Source of the DNA: an uncultured Acidobacteriota bacterium
GTDB lineage: Bacteria > Acidobacteriota > Blastocatellia > RBC074
Direction of reading: 5' to 3'
Assembly (NCBI GenBank): GCA_963796275.1
Contig: CAWCKY010000004.1
Span: forward strand, 1,184,001-1,248,000
DNA: 64,000 nucleotides
The notes under the pieces were generated by a model. That model was not told where the DNA came from and did no database searches. It was given only the letters and a program-made list of their open reading frames with translations. The translations under genes were made by a program, and so were the position numbers. Shown here piece after piece: positions 60,549 through 64,000 of the stretch; position 1 is the first letter of the stretch; each line of letters begins with the position of its first letter.

Positions 60549-61136
60549 ATGAAAAAAGTAGACCGCTCTGAAATTTTAGATATTGCCCACTACGAAAGAG
60601 TCCGCCATGAATTTCGCAGCCGTATTATCGCACTCAAAAAAAAGCGGCGCCTCGGAGTCGGACCGATGATCACACTGCTTTTCGAAAATCACGAGACGGT
60701 GCTCTCGCAGATCCAGGAAATGATGCGAACTGAACGGATCGTCGATGAGAGGGCGATCCAGCACGAGATCGATACTTACAATCAACTTTTGCCCGAACAT
60801 AGCGAACTCGCAGCGACGATGTTTATCGAGCTCAAAGACGAGGGCCGCATCCGCGAACAGATCACGAAATTTCATGGGCTCAATTCCGGCGAAGTGACTT
60901 ACCTAGAAATCGGAGGCGAGCAATTGACCCGTTTGCCGGCCATCTTCGCGGCGGGGCAAAGCGATGATCACCGCATCAGCGCTGTACAATACCTGCGCTT
61001 CCGCTTTACCGACGGCCAGCGCGATGCCTTTGTAAAAGGCGAGGCGGAGGTTAAGCTGATGATCGACCATCCGAACTACAAACATAGAGAGCCGATCGAT
61101 GGCGAGTTGCGCAAGGAATTGGCGGGTGATTTATGA
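60549..61136 (+). CDS. DUF3501-family protein
   Basis: R.EFR..II.LKK.RR, FEN.ETV..QIQEM.R.E, SAVQYLRF, DHPNY; located in the rubrerythrin cluster. Confidence 0.88.
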   Translation: MKKVDRSEILDIAHYERVRHEFRSRIIALKKKRRLGVGPMITLLFENHETVLSQIQEMMRTERIVDERAIQHEIDTYNQLLPEHSELAATMFIELKDEGRIREQITKFHGLNSGEVTYLEIGGEQLTRLPAIFAAGQSDDHRISAVQYLRFRFTDGQRDAFVKGEAEVKLMIDHPNYKHREPIDGELRKELAGDL

Positions 61137-62162
61137 TTGAGCCGAGCGACGATGTCCGCGCCGAATACGACGCCATCCGCCATGGCATTGCGGTAATTGA
61201 TTTTTCGTCGGCCGGTAAATTGCAACTGAGCGGCAAGAATGCGGTTCAGTTTTTAAACGGCCTGGTGAGCAATGACGTGAAGGTGTTGGGGGCAGGCGAC
61301 GGTGCGCTTGCGGCGTTTCCGAATCTGCAGGGAAAACTGGTCGCGCTCTGCCGGATTTACAATACGGGCTCTTTCCTGCTGATCGAACTGGAAGCAGTCA
61401 ATCGCGAGAAAATATTCAAGAACCTGAACCGGTTCGTTGCGGCGGGTGAGTTTTTCGTCGCTGATGTGAGTGAAAAATATGGCTTGATTTCAATGCAAGG
61501 TCCGCGATCGGCAGAATTGATCGAAAGCCTGACCGGACAGACCCCGTATCAAATTCCATACAAGTATCTGGGAGAAGAGCATAGCAGGCTCAAACGCCCT
61601 GATTGCCGCCAACAATCGTTGTGGCGAGATCGGGTTCGATATTTTCATACCTGCCGAGTCAGTTGCGGTGGTCCGGGAGACGATTCTCACACGCGGGAGA
61701 GAATTCGGGCCTATCGAAGCGGCTGGACAGGAGGCATTTGAGATAGCCAGGATTGAAGCGGGTATCCCGCGTGATGGGATCGATGCGGGAGAAAATTACA
61801 TCATACTGGAATCTGAGTTGAACGAAGCGGTGAGTTATACGAAAGGATGCTATCTGGGTCAGGAAGTGATTGCGCGCATTCACTGGCGAGGGCAGCCGGC
61901 GAAGCGATTACGCGGGCTTTTGGTTGACGCAGAACAGGCCCCGCGCCCGGGCGCAATGCTTTTTGCCGGCGATGGGAAAAAGACCGGAGAGATCACCAGC
62001 AGCACTTACAGTATCGGACTGGGCCGCCTCATCGCGCTCGCTTATGTACATCGTTACTATCTCAATCCGGGAACCGAGTTCACGGTGAAAGAGGGCGATC
62101 TGGAGCTGGGCCGCGCCCAGCTGGTCGAACTTCCTTTCGTACACTCGATGATCATGCAGTGA
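61133..62162 (+). CDS. ygfZ: YgfZ/GcvT-like folate-binding protein (apparent +1 frameshift at 61570-61572)
   Basis: FLNGLVSND N-half; RIEAGIP and the YgfZ signature KGCYLGQE in the second frame. Confidence 0.88.
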
Positions 62163-62212
62163 GCTTTAACCGATACGGCTAACCTTTATTATAATTGATT
62201 TCCATAAGCTTC

Positions 62213-62494
62213 ATGGAAGAGCAGTCAAATACAGAGAATGAGAATCCCAAGTGGGCTCTCGAATCGGCCGAGGTTGCCTACGCTGTGATCGCTCGCTACG
62301 TCGATCATGCGCAGGTATCAGGCCTTCTCATCGCAATGCTCGCCAGCGCGCTCGGCGAAGAGCGGCTGAAACCGATTGTGCAGAGCGAATATTGGCAAAA
62401 CTATCTGGCGAGCAAACGATCGATAGCCGAGGCGATGGAAGAGATTGAACGATTGACTGCTATCATCGAAAAAACGAGACAGGAGATACGATGA
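62213..62494 (+). CDS. Small helical hypothetical protein
   Basis: ORF with an ATGA overlap to the rhodanese gene. Confidence 0.6.
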   Translation: MEEQSNTENENPKWALESAEVAYAVIARYVDHAQVSGLLIAMLASALGEERLKPIVQSEYWQNYLASKRSIAEAMEEIERLTAIIEKTRQEIR

Positions 62495-62820
62495 ATAACT
62501 ACGGAGCTATTACAGTCGAAGAGCTGAAAGCCAGGCGGGACGCAGGTGAGGGACCGCGTATTATCGATGTGCGCGAGCCCTCGGAGAATCGCGTAGCACG
62601 CATCGAGGGGGCCGAACTCAAACCGCTCGGACAGATCGGGCAGTGGGCACAGGAGCTCATAGACAAGGATGAAGAGATCGTCCTTCATTGTCACCACGGC
62701 ATGCGTTCGGACCGGGCGTGCCAATATCTTGCCAGCCAGGGCTTTACCAACACCAAGAATCTGATCGGAGGAATTGATGAATGGTCCTCGAAGATCGACC
62801 CATCAATTCCACGTTATTAA
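62491..62820 (+). CDS. Rhodanese-like sulfurtransferase
   Basis: IDVRE..E, CHHGMRS, GGIDEW. Confidence 0.93.
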   Translation: MNNYGAITVEELKARRDAGEGPRIIDVREPSENRVARIEGAELKPLGQIGQWAQELIDKDEEIVLHCHHGMRSDRACQYLASQGFTNTKNLIGGIDEWSSKIDPSIPRY

Positions 62821-62824
62821 TTCT

Positions 62825-63307
62825 ATGGCTCAGAAAATCCGACTTGCGTTTCTAAGCTTCTGGCTCGGAGCGATGTGCGTCTTCAGCTTCGTCGTCGCGC
62901 CGGCGGCATTCGCCGTTCTTCCCGAACCGCGACTCGCGGGAAGCATGGTCTCCCGGGTGCTCGGAGGCGTCGAGATTATCGGCATAATCTTCGGCGCCAT
63001 CATATTGCTCAATTTGCTCCTCTTCCGTGAAAAACGGGAGAAACCATTTCGTTTTGAGTCGGTGGCCGTCGTATTGATGACATTATCAGCGATTCTCTCG
63101 CGATTTGTTGTTTCCAGCCATTTACACGATCTGCGCGTGAGTTATGGCGATCAACTCGCCAGTCTGGCGAAATCCGATCCTATCCGCGCCGGCTTCGACC
63201 AATGGCACCAATATTCGGTCGGGCTGATGGTCTTCAATATCATCGCCGCGATCGTTTTGATAGCGCTGCTCTCACGGCGCGGTCCCTCATCGCAAGGCAA
63301 TGCTTGA
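62825..63307 (+). CDS. DUF4149/TMEM205-like membrane protein
   Basis: WLG...FSFVVAPAAF, four TMs, FDQWHQYS. Confidence 0.8.
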   Translation: MAQKIRLAFLSFWLGAMCVFSFVVAPAAFAVLPEPRLAGSMVSRVLGGVEIIGIIFGAIILLNLLLFREKREKPFRFESVAVVLMTLSAILSRFVVSSHLHDLRVSYGDQLASLAKSDPIRAGFDQWHQYSVGLMVFNIIAAIVLIALLSRRGPSSQGNA

Positions 63308-64000
63308 TCCCGATCGCCTGAGCTTCGAGTTCGAGGCGGGCCCGACCAGGCCACGTCTGGACGAGTTTGTGGCCGCGCAACTCCCCAAGGTCAGTTTGAC
63401 TCGCATTCGCCGTCTGATCGCCGAGGGCGATGTCCTCATCAACGGAGAAAAATCGGTCAAAGGTGTGCGCCTCGCGGCGGGCGATCGAGTCTCGGTGAAA
63501 ATCTTTGCGGCCGAAAAATCGTCGACGACGCCCGAACCGATCCCACTCGACATCCTATATGAAGACGACCATTTGATCGCCATCAACAAAAAGGTAGGCT
63601 TGCTCGTCCACCCATCGCGGAGTGAAAAATCGGGGACGCTTACCAACGGACTGGCTTATCATTTCTGGCAAACGACGGGATGCGCCATCCGCCCCGGTCT
63701 CGTTCATCGCCTCGACCGCAACACTTCGGGCGTCATTGTAATTGCCAAAACGCCGCGCGCGCATCGGACACTCTCAAAGCATTTTCGCGAACGCCGGGTG
63801 AAGAAATTCTACCTGGCGCTCGTCAGCGGTAGAGTTGAACAGGATCGTGGAGAGATCGAGGCTCCAATCGGTTATGACCCGAAGGTCTGGCCGCACTGGT
63901 GCGTTATGAGCGACGGAAGAGAAGCGCAGACGCGTTACATGGTGAAGAGAAGATTTAGCGCATACACTCTGCTCGAATTGGAGCCGCTCACCGGCCGCAC
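63300..64000 (+). CDS. RluA/RluD-family pseudouridine synthase (3'-truncated)
   Basis: Read directly from sequence: S4-like RLDEFV, ILYEDD...NK..GLLVHP, RPGLVHRLDRNTSG, LE..TGR. Confidence 0.93.
   Translation, partial: MLDPDRLSFEFEAGPTRPRLDEFVAAQLPKVSLTRIRRLIAEGDVLINGEKSVKGVRLAAGDRVSVKIFAAEKSSTTPEPIPLDILYEDDHLIAINKKVGLLVHPSRSEKSGTLTNGLAYHFWQTTGCAIRPGLVHRLDRNTSGVIVIAKTPRAHRTLSKHFRERRVKKFYLALVSGRVEQDRGEIEAPIGYDPKVWPHWCVMSDGREAQTRYMVKRRFSAYTLLELEPLTGR

Overview
Bacterial chromosomal window, moderately GC-rich. The VWFA-related proteins, Oar-like TonB receptor and gene style suggest Acidobacteriota, probably Blastocatellia (inference). Most genes are housekeeping or envelope: radA, ribH-nusB, cytochrome c maturation system II, pyrG, kdsA/kdsC, 2-oxoacid:ferredoxin oxidoreductase, an Fe-S/peroxide cluster (SufR-like, Mrp, A-type carrier, Fur/PerR, rubrerythrin, Fe-S oxidoreductase, DUF3501, YgfZ, rhodanese) and an RluD-like synthase. 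I found no rRNA, tRNA, CRISPR array, transposase or prophage. The best candidate for a novel system is a solo Cas4-like nuclease split into two translationally coupled genes (40427-40708 and 39879-40430). Each half carries its own transmembrane helix, so the four-Cys Fe-S staple would have to assemble across two membrane-anchored polypeptides; a GH19 lysozyme gene lies divergently next to it. Other oddities are many intergenic inverted elements built from 7-9-bp repeat units (some apparently inserted in-frame into genes), a REP-doublet element with compensatory substitutions, an M1-peptidase-like TPR protein lacking HEXXH between kdsA and kdsC, and an orphan nuoI after OFOR and two CBS genes. 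Three frameshifts, two in-frame stops (both apparently CATG->CATT) and one odd fusion are most simply explained as sequencing or assembly errors. All family assignments come from motif recognition by eye; no searches were run.
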